From: Minisyncoccota bacterium
GTDB taxonomy: Bacteria; Patescibacteriota; Minisyncoccia; UBA6257; 2-01-FULL-56-20
Length of the DNA stretch: 44,916 bases
Direction: 5' to 3'
Assembly (NCBI GenBank): GCA_036266715.1
Contig: DATAXS010000012.1
Coordinates: 1-44,916 of the forward strand
A program made the translations under genes and the position numbers. This document shows, piece after piece, positions 28,109 through 35,825 of this stretch; the stretch's first letter is position 1; each line of letters opens with the position of its first letter. The notes beneath the pieces were generated by a model. It worked only from the letters and a program-made list of their open reading frames with translations, had not been told where the DNA came from and did no database searches.

Positions 28109-28384
28109 ATGAACAAAAAGGGATTGGTTGAGGCGGTCATGAAGGCCGCGGAGATCGAGACGAAATCGGCGGCGGAAAAGGCCACGGAAGCGGTCTTTGA
28201 GACCATCGTGAAGACCCTTGGGCGTGGCGAAGAGGTCGCCATCGCGGGCTTTGGGACCTTCCGGGTCTACAAGCGCGCGGCGCGCGAAGGCCGGAACCCC
28301 AAGACGGGCGAAAAGATACAGATCAAGGCGTCCGTAAAGCCGAAGTTCCGCGCGGGAAAGCTCCTCAAGGAGGCAGTCAAATAA
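28109..28384 (+). CDS. hup: DNA-binding protein HU
   Basis: MNKKGLVEAV...GFGTFRVYKRAAREGRNPKTGEKIQIKASVKPKFRAGK is a typical HU/IHF fold sequence. Confidence 0.93.
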   Translation: MNKKGLVEAVMKAAEIETKSAAEKATEAVFETIVKTLGRGEEVAIAGFGTFRVYKRAAREGRNPKTGEKIQIKASVKPKFRAGKLLKEAVK

Positions 28385-28389
28385 AGTCG

Positions 28390-28465
28390 GCACATATAAC
28401 AAAGGGGGGTTTTGAAAAGAGTACTAAGAAGGGCTCTTTTCAAAACCCCCCTTTGTTATATGTGC
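28390..28465. terminator. 76-nt perfect hairpin (32-bp stem) between convergent genes; conserved-core family
   Basis: gcacatataacaaaggggggttttgaaaagag / tactaagaaggg / exact reverse complement. Confidence 0.8.
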
Positions 28466-28483
28466 ATCCTTTCTTAGCCACCC

Positions 28484-29275
28484 TTATTGTCCGGAGGCCG
28501 AGGATGCGGCGGGGAGAAGCTGCTGCACGATGGTGCTTATGTTCGAAAATTTCTGGTAGGCGTCCGAGAGCGATTGGAGCGAAGAGGTGATGAGCGAGAG
28601 GGTCGCTTCGGATGGTTCGGACTGCATGAGCGCGTTTTCCGCGGAGTTGTTTTCTTGGACTGCGGTCGTGATGAGCGACTGCGCGCTCGTGAGATCCTGC
28701 GCGAGGTCAGGGTTCGGCGCGGCTTGTTCCATAAATGAGACCAGGTTTTGTACCTCGCCGAGGCGGTTTTGCGCGGTCGTAAAAAGGTTTTGATTCTCGG
28801 ACCACAGGACGAAGTTGGCGACCTGGTCTGCAAGGGGATCGTACGTGCCGGCCCGCCACGCAAGGATCTCGTTCGCTACCCCTTCCGTGCCCGCAATGCC
28901 GGCATTGTTCACCTTTGCGAACTCAAGGCCGTAGTAGTTCATGGCGTCATCCAATTTGCCGGAGAGCTGGGATTGGAGCGCGGCGGTGGCCGCGTTCGTT
29001 TGGACGCCTGCGAGGTCCGTCTGGAGCGCCTGGACGTTCTCTTCCGCGCACGTGATGATGCGGGTGAGGAGCGCCTTCCGGGCCGCAAGTTCGGCGGTGA
29101 GGCTCTGTGCCTGCGCGGCGGCTATTGCCGCGAGATCATCCTGCGTGATGGTGCACGTGGGGGTCGCGGCCTGTGCCACAGTCTGGGCTTGGGCAAGCGG
29201 GGCAGCCAAAACGCCCACAGCGAGGAAAAACGCGGCGAACAGCGCACCTATGAAAGCGGTTTTGGAATAGTTCAC
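28484..29275 (-). CDS. Secreted alpha-helical protein (unknown function), last gene of the sigma operon
   Basis: Signal peptide ..LAAPLAQAQ, A/Q/L/T-rich helical repeats, 263 aa. Confidence 0.65.
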   Translation of the reverse strand: MNYSKTAFIGALFAAFFLAVGVLAAPLAQAQTVAQAATPTCTITQDDLAAIAAAQAQSLTAELAARKALLTRIITCAEENVQALQTDLAGVQTNAATAALQSQLSGKLDDAMNYYGLEFAKVNNAGIAGTEGVANEILAWRAGTYDPLADQVANFVLWSENQNLFTTAQNRLGEVQNLVSFMEQAAPNPDLAQDLTSAQSLITTAVQENNSAENALMQSEPSEATLSLITSSLQSLSDAYQKFSNISTIVQQLLPAASSASGQ

Positions 29276-29321
29276 GGGTTTGGTTATCGGATACTAGCTT
29301 ACAATAAAAACGGCCGAATGC

Positions 29322-29846
29322 CTATTGGCCAAGCGCCTGGAGGGCCTGGTCAAGAGTAACCGTCGTAGTTGCGGAACTCGTGGCGCTTGAGCTTGCTCCC
29401 GCGCCCGGGACGCCGTTTATGGCCGTGGAAGACGCAAAGAGCGATGCGGTTGCGGGAGTCGTTGCGCCTGCCGTGGAAGAGCTTACGGACACGCTCGTGA
29501 TCGGCGCCGTGGACTCGGCCGCGGGTTCGCTGTAGTTCAATTGGGCGAGCTCTATCTGCATATCAATAGCTTCTGCTTCCGCGTGCAAGCTTGAGGGGTC
29601 AATTGCGGAATACTTCATAGGCGCAAGTTCGGAGCCGGGGAGCCCGCCGAGCACGATGAATATGAAAAATACGGTGAGCGCCACGGCCACGCCGGTCTCT
29701 ACGATAGTGAGGATGGTCCGACGCACGGTCCAGGGCTTCCGCGTGGCACCGGGCTCCACAGCCAAAATCGCCCGCTTGGAAGTGGCTGAATAGGACGCGT
29801 CAGGTTCAATATTCTTAAATTGTTTGAGGATTTCCTGGATGTTCAT
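29322..29846 (-). CDS. Single-pass membrane protein, putative anti-sigma factor
   Basis: Directly downstream of the sigma gene (5-nt gap). Short cytoplasmic N-terminus, one TM helix, S/T/A-rich exterior. The role is inferred from position only. Confidence 0.5.
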   Translation of the reverse strand: MNIQEILKQFKNIEPDASYSATSKRAILAVEPGATRKPWTVRRTILTIVETGVAVALTVFFIFIVLGGLPGSELAPMKYSAIDPSSLHAEAEAIDMQIELAQLNYSEPAAESTAPITSVSVSSSTAGATTPATASLFASSTAINGVPGAGASSSATSSATTTVTLDQALQALGQ

Positions 29847-29851
29847 AGCTT

Positions 29852-30397
29852 TTATTCTTCGCTTTCGCCCATGATCCGCTGAAGTTCTTTTATTGCGCGG
29901 TGCTGCATGAGTTTTACTGCACCCTCGCTCTTGTGGAGCATCTGCGCAATTTCTTTCAATGAGAGTTCTTCTATAAAGCGGAAGACGATGATGTCCTGAT
30001 AATCCGACTTGAGCTCGCCGATCGCTTTCCTTACTTTCTCTACGTCCAGCTTGAGCGAAAGGTCGAACGTCGCGCTCGCGGGAAGGACAAAATACTCGGG
30101 ATCCATCTTTTCCAAGCTGGTTTCGTTCTTCTTCGCGCGATAGTGGTCAACGACCTGGTTCCGCGCGATCTGGTAGAGCCAACTGGAGAACGGATGTCCC
30201 TGATATTTGTATCCCTTGATGTTCTGCCATGCGGCGAGGAACACCTGGTGGGTAATATCCTCGGCATCCTCACGGCGCGCAACTTTCACAAGGACGAACC
30301 GATAGATCATCGGTTGGTAATGCTCAAATAGCGTGCCAAATGCCGAGGATTTACCCCCGACGGCCTGCTTTATAATGGCTTGTTCACCGTCTAACAT
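29852..30397 (-). CDS. ECF-type sigma-70 family RNA polymerase sigma factor
   Basis: Region 2 (..DITHQVFLAAWQNI..WLYQIARNQVVDHYR..) and region 4 HTH (LSLKEIAQMLHKSEGAVKLMQHRAIKEL). Confidence 0.88.
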   Translation of the reverse strand: MLDGEQAIIKQAVGGKSSAFGTLFEHYQPMIYRFVLVKVARREDAEDITHQVFLAAWQNIKGYKYQGHPFSSWLYQIARNQVVDHYRAKKNETSLEKMDPEYFVLPASATFDLSLKLDVEKVRKAIGELKSDYQDIIVFRFIEELSLKEIAQMLHKSEGAVKLMQHRAIKELQRIMGESEE

Positions 30398-30482
30398 AGG
30401 GAACGTTATAACTGGTTACTGGTTACTGCAACGCCTGCGTATTTCATGTTTCGGGGCTTTTACGCCTATTTTTCCAAACAAA

Positions 30483-30502
30483 ATGCCCTCTTTTTAGGGC
30501 AT
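30483..30502 (-). terminator. Hairpin terminator downstream of the 30543 gene
   Basis: atgccct / cttttt / agggcat, followed on the minus strand by tttgttt. Confidence 0.5.
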
Positions 30503-30542
30503 GGTGATTATTCGTTGATTATACTCTTTTACGGCCCCGAGG

Positions 30543-30983
30543 TCAAAGAAGTTGCCGCAATTCCTCCCACGAATTGACGCGCGTTACTGCGTCGTAAGCC
30601 GCTTTATATTTTTCCGCCTCTTCCGCGCGCGGGCCGCCCTCGCGGAGCGCGTAGCGATTGGGGACGGTCGTGAGGGTGTTGAGCACCTGCAGGCGGTCGT
30701 CCACAAAATGCGTGACGGCAAGGTCGGCGCAAATGGCCGCCTTGTCTTCATAGCGCATACAGAAATGCAGGTTGCTCCGCGGGATACCGGTGGAGTTCCA
30801 AAAATCGAGCGCCTTGAGGCGCGCGAGGAAGATTGCGCGTGTTATGGGGTGAGCTTTGGATACAATATGAATTTCTTTGAAGCGGCCGGAAGCCGCGATC
30901 TCCCGCAAATTTGCGAGCGACCCCGGCACACTGCCGCCCCAGGTATAAAAGATTACATCGCCGCAATCAACACCGAGTACCAT
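30543..30983 (-). CDS. Hypothetical protein (possibly HAD-like fold)
   Basis: Start moved to ATG 30983 (MVLGVDCGDVIF..), because the longer ORF to 31112 would collide with the divergent gene at 31091. Function not recognised. Confidence 0.55.
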   Translation of the reverse strand: MVLGVDCGDVIFYTWGGSVPGSLANLREIAASGRFKEIHIVSKAHPITRAIFLARLKALDFWNSTGIPRSNLHFCMRYEDKAAICADLAVTHFVDDRLQVLNTLTTVPNRYALREGGPRAEEAEKYKAAYDAVTRVNSWEELRQLL

Positions 30984-31090
30984 CCGCGTATGGTAACAAA
31001 ATGATATCGTTGACGCAAACTGCTGAACATGGTAATAGTTAGTTGTTCTTTGTAATAACACAGATTTTTTTAAAGGCGAGGAGAGCAGAG

Positions 31091-31426
31091 ATGGCCATAC
31101 AGCAGATGACACTCAGAAGGTTCCTTGTAAAAAAGCTTGGCGAGGCCGTGGAAGACACTCGCGATCGCACCCAACAAACAAAATCGAGCGTGCCCGACAC
31201 GATCGAGAATGTTGTCCTCAAGTTGAGGCGGGGGATCACGGAACGCACGCTCCGTCCGCTTCTCAAGGAGTATTTCGGAGTTTCCGATTCCCAGATGATC
31301 GTGCGGCCCGGCTTCGTATTTGTAAGAGGGGTGCCGGGAGAGGCGCCGAGCTACGCGGCGGTCATCCAGTACAGCGGGATATTTGCAGGGGGCTCCATCA
31401 GCATCAATCTCACCAAGCATTCTTGA
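31091..31426 (+). CDS. Hypothetical protein (111 aa)
   Basis: ATG 31091 preceded by gaggagag (SD-like). No domain recognised. Confidence 0.5.
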   Translation: MAIQQMTLRRFLVKKLGEAVEDTRDRTQQTKSSVPDTIENVVLKLRRGITERTLRPLLKEYFGVSDSQMIVRPGFVFVRGVPGEAPSYAAVIQYSGIFAGGSISINLTKHS

Positions 31427-31518
31427 ATGATGCGCACGCAACGTGCGCACGGCCCGCCGACAAAATTTTGGCGGGCTTTTTCATAGCGGTGGGCAAAAGT
31501 TCCCCGTCGATATGCGAG

Positions 31519-31592
31519 GCACAGAAAGGAAAATCCCCTTCGTGGCCATTAAAAAGAGCCCATGGCTGCGAAGGGGATTTTCCTTTCTGTGC
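31519..31592. terminator. Long hairpin (24-bp stem) abutting the 3' end of tRNA-Gly
   Basis: gcacagaaaggaaaatccccttcg (31519-31542) pairs perfectly with 31569-31592. The loop contains AAAAGAGCCC. Confidence 0.7.
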
Positions 31593-31594
31593 TG

Positions 31595-31666
31595 AGCGGG
31601 TAACGGGAGTCGAACCCGTATCTGTACCTTGGCAAGGTACCATAATAGCCGCTATACGATACCCGC
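31595..31666 (-). tRNA. tRNA-Gly (anticodon GCC)
   Basis: Reverse complement reads GCGGGTA..TAGCGGCTATTA..GTACC-TTGCCAA-GGTAC..CGGGTTCGACTCCCG..TACCCGC-T. No encoded CCA. Confidence 0.9.
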
Positions 31667-31707
31667 TTTACGAACTCATTGTATATTGTTTTTGAAAATT
31701 ATCAATA

Positions 31708-31736
31708 TTGAAAATTTGGCCCGCGTCTAGTATGCT
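31708..31736 (+). promoter_or_regulatory. Promoter of tRNA-Arg
   Basis: TTGAAA (31708-31713), 17 nt spacer, TATGCT (31731-31736), 10 nt before the tRNA 5' end. A TTGATA-16-TACAAT promoter on the other strand serves tRNA-Gly. Confidence 0.55.
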
Positions 31737-31746
31737 CAAGACCTAA

Positions 31747-31821
31747 GCCCTCGTCGTTCAATGGATAGGACGCAAGATTGCGGATCTTGTAATCGAGGTT
31801 CGATTCCTCGCGGGGGCACCA
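31747..31821 (+). tRNA. tRNA-Arg with anticodon GCG, encoded CCA
   Basis: Acceptor GCCCTCG/CGGGGGC, D arm GTTC-AATGGATA-GGAC (A20 present), anticodon arm CAAGA-TTGCGGA-TCTTG, T arm CGAGG-TTCGATT-CCTCG, ACCA end. Confidence 0.8.
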
Positions 31822-31823
31822 CG

Positions 31824-31889
31824 AGCAACGCAGGGCGGATTTGAAAAGAGCCCTTCTTAGTACTCTTTTCAAATCCGCCCTGCGTTGCT
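31824..31889. terminator. 66-nt perfect hairpin (27-bp stem) after tRNA-Arg and after the convergent 31896 gene; conserved-core family
   Basis: agcaacgcagggcggatttgaaaagag / cccttcttagta / exact reverse complement. The core equals the 28390-28465 core, inverted. Confidence 0.8.
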
Positions 31890-31895
31890 TCTTTA

Positions 31896-32363
31896 TTAGA
31901 ACCGGAGCAACTTTTCAATAGAATCGAGGAGCGTGGGTTCGTAGGGGACTTCCTTCAATATTGTTTTTGTGTTGGCGCGGAAGGCGGCGAGGTGTTCGGC
32001 AGGAAAAAGGATTTTGAGCGGCGTTTTGAAGCGCGCGCGGAACACGAAGACCATTTCGGCGAAACCGTCCGCGGGCGTGTCCACGCTCATAGTTTCAAAG
32101 TTCCTAAACGAATATGAGCGGATATCATCGATAGTGATACTCGTTTCGTTCGCCGTGAAAGAGATCATGCGCGGCGTGCGGTTGCCCCAGACAATAAAGA
32201 GGACCTCCGCGAGCACGATGAAAAGCCCAAAAAGAAAATTTTTTTCCCACACGGAGAATGCGACGATAATTGCGGCGATAATAATAGAGAGCCAGTACCA
32301 CGAGACACCCTTCTCGCGGTATTCAAATTCCGGCGCTTCCCATTTTATTTCAAATGATGCCAT
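31896..32363 (-). CDS. Small two-TM membrane protein with soluble C-terminal domain (unknown function)
   Basis: 155-aa ORF with two adjacent hydrophobic helices after ..EKGVSWYW. Confidence 0.6.
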   Translation of the reverse strand: MASFEIKWEAPEFEYREKGVSWYWLSIIIAAIIVAFSVWEKNFLFGLFIVLAEVLFIVWGNRTPRMISFTANETSITIDDIRSYSFRNFETMSVDTPADGFAEMVFVFRARFKTPLKILFPAEHLAAFRANTKTILKEVPYEPTLLDSIEKLLRF

Positions 32364-32399
32364 GGGATTATCTTACCACCGCGTAACGAGCGCTACCAA

Positions 32400-33131
32400 C
32401 TAGGCCCGCAGGGCCGCAAGCGCGACCACGGTCCCCACCCCCGCGCGTTTGAGCGCGGTCGCCGCCTCAAGGAACGTGGTTCCAGTCGTGGTCACATCGT
32501 CTATAAGAATGATGTTTGTTCCCGCGAGCGGCCGCCGGACGAAAAAACATTCGCGCAGGTTCTCCTGGCGTTCATGAGCGCTTTTTGTTTCTGTCTGTGG
32601 CTTGGTGTGGCGGATACGTATGAGTGTTGAGCCGTCGCACGGCAGGCCAAGATACGCCGCGACGGGTCTCGCAAGAAGTTCTGCCTGGTTGAACCCCCGC
32701 GTCCGGAGCCGCCGGCGCGAAAGGGGGATGGGAATCACCACGAAATCGTGAAAACCGTCAAAAAGCGAGCCAACAGACGCGAGATATTCCTTTATTATAG
32801 AGGCGAGCGGTTCCGCGGCCCTGCGCGCGGCACGGAACTTGAGTGCGTGGACGAGTGCCCGGAGCGGGCGGTTGTCGTATTGTGCCGCGGCGCCAAGAAC
32901 GTAGGGAAAATCGGGATGGCACAATGCCTTTCCGCCAAAAAGTCGCTCGCCGCAGGCACCGCAGAAAAGGGTGCGGGCGATCGTGACCTGCCCGCGGCAG
33001 GTTTCACAGAGCACCGTCCCGTTCCCGGCGCCAAAACCCGCGCCCGCGCCGCAAGCCGCGCTTTTCCCGCATCCCAAGCACCTGCGCGGGAATAAAATAG
33101 ACGCGAGCACGTCCGTAAGATGGAGCTTCAT
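32400..33131 (-). CDS. comF: ComF-family protein (phosphoribosyltransferase domain, N-terminal Zn-finger)
   Basis: CxxC..CxxC N-terminus (RRCLGCGK.. / LCETCRG.. / FCGACGE), C-terminal PRTase loop ILIDDVTTTGTTF. Confidence 0.85.
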   Translation of the reverse strand: MKLHLTDVLASILFPRRCLGCGKSAACGAGAGFGAGNGTVLCETCRGQVTIARTLFCGACGERLFGGKALCHPDFPYVLGAAAQYDNRPLRALVHALKFRAARRAAEPLASIIKEYLASVGSLFDGFHDFVVIPIPLSRRRLRTRGFNQAELLARPVAAYLGLPCDGSTLIRIRHTKPQTETKSAHERQENLRECFFVRRPLAGTNIILIDDVTTTGTTFLEAATALKRAGVGTVVALAALRA

Positions 33132-33171
33132 GGTATGATGATAAACAAATAGGCATTAAAACGTTCTAAAA

Positions 33172-34254
33172 ATGGCAGGCCTTTTTAATATTTTTTCATC
33201 CCATCCCTCTTCTTACCTTGGCGTGGACATTGGCACCACTTCTATAAAGGTGGTGGAGGTACGGAAGGGGGGCAAGCGGCCGCAGGTCACGAATTACGGC
33301 CTCCTGGAATCAAGCGGTTATCTTTCGCGCGCCAACCAGGCGCTCCAGACAAGCAGTTTAAAGATCTTCGAGGCGGACATCGTGGGACTTTTAAAAACAG
33401 TCGTTCGCGAAATGGGAACGGGCACCAAGAGCACGATCGCGTCGCTCCCGCCCTTCGCCGTGTTCACGACCGTTATTGATTTTCCGCAAATGGACGCCAA
33501 AGAAGTGGAGAAGGCGATGCTCTACCAGGCAAAACAATATGTGCCGCTGCCGCTTTCGGAAGTGGCGTTGGATTGGATGAAGGTCGCGGAATACCAGGAC
33601 GAGCAGGGATTCGTCCACCAAAAAATGCTTTTGATATCGGTGCCTACGGAGCAGATCCAAAAATATCAGCGGATGTTCAAAGCGGCGGGGCTCGTGCTTC
33701 AGGCGCTCGAGATGGAAAGCATCAGTCTCGCGAGGATGTTTTCGGGTGACGGAACGCCCACGATCGTTGTGGACATAGGCAGCCGTTCCACGAATATTAT
33801 CTTCATGGAAAAGGGGCAGCTGCTCTGGAACGCGCAGAGCGATTTCGCGTCGGCCTCGCTCACGCAGGCGCTTGCCACGAGTTTGAGCGTGAACCCGCTC
33901 CGCGCGGAGGAATTAAAGAAGGAACGCGGCATTTTGGGTACTGGCCCGAACTATGAACTGTCCACAATAATGATGCCGTTCCTGGATGCTATAATTAATG
34001 AAGTAAAGAAGGCGCAGTTCACCTTCGCTCAGCAGTTCGCCCAGGCGGCCAAGGCGGAACGAGTTGTCCTTTCGGGCGGTGGCGCGAACCTCCTGGGCAT
34101 TGAGAAATATTTTGAGCGAGAGTTCGGGATGCCCGTCGTGAAAGCTGCGCCCTTCGTCCAGTTTGAGTATGCGGCCGAGCTCGCACCGCTCGTCGCGGAG
34201 CTGAATCCAGTGATGACGGTGGCGCTGGGACTCGGGATCAAATCATTCCTATAA
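33172..34254 (+). CDS. pilM: Type IV pilus assembly protein PilM (actin-like ATPase fold)
   Basis: YLGVDIGTTSIKVVEV phosphate-1 motif, ..VVDIGSRSTNI.., ..VVLSGGGANL.. Confidence 0.88.
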   Translation: MAGLFNIFSSHPSSYLGVDIGTTSIKVVEVRKGGKRPQVTNYGLLESSGYLSRANQALQTSSLKIFEADIVGLLKTVVREMGTGTKSTIASLPPFAVFTTVIDFPQMDAKEVEKAMLYQAKQYVPLPLSEVALDWMKVAEYQDEQGFVHQKMLLISVPTEQIQKYQRMFKAAGLVLQALEMESISLARMFSGDGTPTIVVDIGSRSTNIIFMEKGQLLWNAQSDFASASLTQALATSLSVNPLRAEELKKERGILGTGPNYELSTIMMPFLDAIINEVKKAQFTFAQQFAQAAKAERVVLSGGGANLLGIEKYFEREFGMPVVKAAPFVQFEYAAELAPLVAELNPVMTVALGLGIKSFL

Positions 34255-34276
34255 AAAGTTATAAATTTTCAATAAA

Positions 34277-34873
34277 ATGCCGCTTCCCCAACAAGTCATA
34301 GACCGCCTGACCCATGAATCACCGAGAACGCCGGGATGGTCCGTGGGAATACTTCTTTTTTCCCTGGGGCTGCTTGTGATCGCGCTCGCGGTCTACTTCG
34401 GCATCACGCTTTTTTACGAGCCGTACGTGAACGGGCAGATATCTTCGGTGAATGCCGAGATCACGGCTGCCGCCTCGTCCATCTCTCCTTCGGACCAGAC
34501 CAACCTTGCGGCATTTTATTCCGAGGTCGCGAACGTGCAATCGGCGCTTGCAAACCACGTGTACTTTTCCCATCTTCTCACATGGCTCGGGCAAAATACC
34601 GAAGCGAATGTGTATTACACCCATTTCACGTTTTCTTCCGGGAACCAGATCGGGCTTTCGGGGGTCGCCGCGAGCGAAGCGGACGTGAACCAGCAGATGG
34701 CGATCTTTGAAGCATCGCCGGAAGTGTCCCAGGCAACAATATCCACCGTGTCCCTTCTTCAGGCGAACAACACGTGGCAGTTCAGCGTCACGCTTACCAT
34801 GAACGCGCCGCTCGTGTTCGGTGCCACCGTCCCGTCGTCCACGGCGGCATCCGCCTCGACCACCACCCCATAA
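34277..34873 (+). CDS. pilN: PilN-like pilus assembly protein
   Basis: Single N-terminal TM helix followed by a ferredoxin-like periplasmic-type domain. Position directly after pilM. Confidence 0.65.
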   Translation: MPLPQQVIDRLTHESPRTPGWSVGILLFSLGLLVIALAVYFGITLFYEPYVNGQISSVNAEITAAASSISPSDQTNLAAFYSEVANVQSALANHVYFSHLLTWLGQNTEANVYYTHFTFSSGNQIGLSGVAASEADVNQQMAIFEASPEVSQATISTVSLLQANNTWQFSVTLTMNAPLVFGATVPSSTAASASTTTP

Positions 34874-34877
34874 CACC

Positions 34878-35489
34878 ATGCAACAGAGCTCCAAACGATT
34901 GTTCAGCATCATCATTTCCCTCGCGTTTGCGGTGTTCGCGCTTTTGGCACTCTTTGAATTTATAGAGCCGGCGTACGGGGACCTCATGACGGCGAAAGGG
35001 CAGCTTGTGAGCGATAAGGCATATTTGGCCACGGAACAGCAGACCGTGAGCCAGGCGCAATCGTTATTGAGCACCGTGCAGAGCCAAAGTGGTACGGAAA
35101 GTGCCTTGGAACTTGCAATGCCCTCGGGGCCGGACGTTTCGGGCGCGCTTGCCCAGGTGTACGGCATTGCGGCGAATGACGGCATCGCGATACAAAACAT
35201 GAGCGTTTCGCCCCCGACCGTTCAGCTGCAGGCCGCCATGGGCGCTTCCGGCGCGACCACGCTCGCCGCCATTGTAAAGCCCATGGGGGATGTTTCGTTC
35301 CAGGTGACCGCTACGGGAAGCTACGAAAATTTTGCGACGTTCCTCGCGGACCTTGAGTCCAATGTCCGTATTTTTGACATGACATCGTTCTCACTCCAGC
35401 AGGGAGCGACGGCAGGCACAAAGGGTGGGAGCGGGACGGATCTTTTTACCTACAGCTTTACGGTCGAAACCTATTACCAGCTGCAATAA
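34878..35489 (+). CDS. pilO: PilO-like pilus assembly protein
   Basis: Start at ATG 34878 (MQQSSKRLFSII..), 4 nt after the pilN stop. TM helix, coiled coil, C-terminal alpha/beta domain (..TGSYENFATFLADLESNVRIFD..). Confidence 0.65.
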   Translation: MQQSSKRLFSIIISLAFAVFALLALFEFIEPAYGDLMTAKGQLVSDKAYLATEQQTVSQAQSLLSTVQSQSGTESALELAMPSGPDVSGALAQVYGIAANDGIAIQNMSVSPPTVQLQAAMGASGATTLAAIVKPMGDVSFQVTATGSYENFATFLADLESNVRIFDMTSFSLQQGATAGTKGGSGTDLFTYSFTVETYYQLQ

Positions 35490-35491
35490 CC

Positions 35492-35797
35492 ATGGCCATC
35501 ATTATTGAAGAAGAGAAAAACAATACGAGAGGCCTCGCCCAGGCCGCGGGGTGGCTTGTCATGCTGATCGTGCTCGGGGCGGCGGCATACTATCTTTTCT
35601 TTGCGCCCGCGGGGACCTCCACCGTCACGCCCCCTGCGAGCTTTTCGGAAATAGCGTCACTCACGCAACTCTCGGTCAGTCCGCAGGCGGTGCTCCAAAG
35701 CCCGCAGTTCACGTCGCTCAAATCACCTTCGTTCCCGCTTCCCGCACCGTCCGGTCCCGCGGCCGTTGGCCGCCCGAACCCGTTCATCGCGCCATAA
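35492..35797 (+). CDS. Small single-pass protein in the pilMNO operon (PilP position, unknown family)
   Basis: 101-aa ORF starting 2 nt after the pilO stop. One TM helix and a Pro/Ser-rich tail. Confidence 0.55.
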   Translation: MAIIIEEEKNNTRGLAQAAGWLVMLIVLGAAAYYLFFAPAGTSTVTPPASFSEIASLTQLSVSPQAVLQSPQFTSLKSPSFPLPAPSGPAAVGRPNPFIAP

Positions 35798-35825
35798 GGG
35801 CCTTTTCGTATGTTAGAATTGAATA

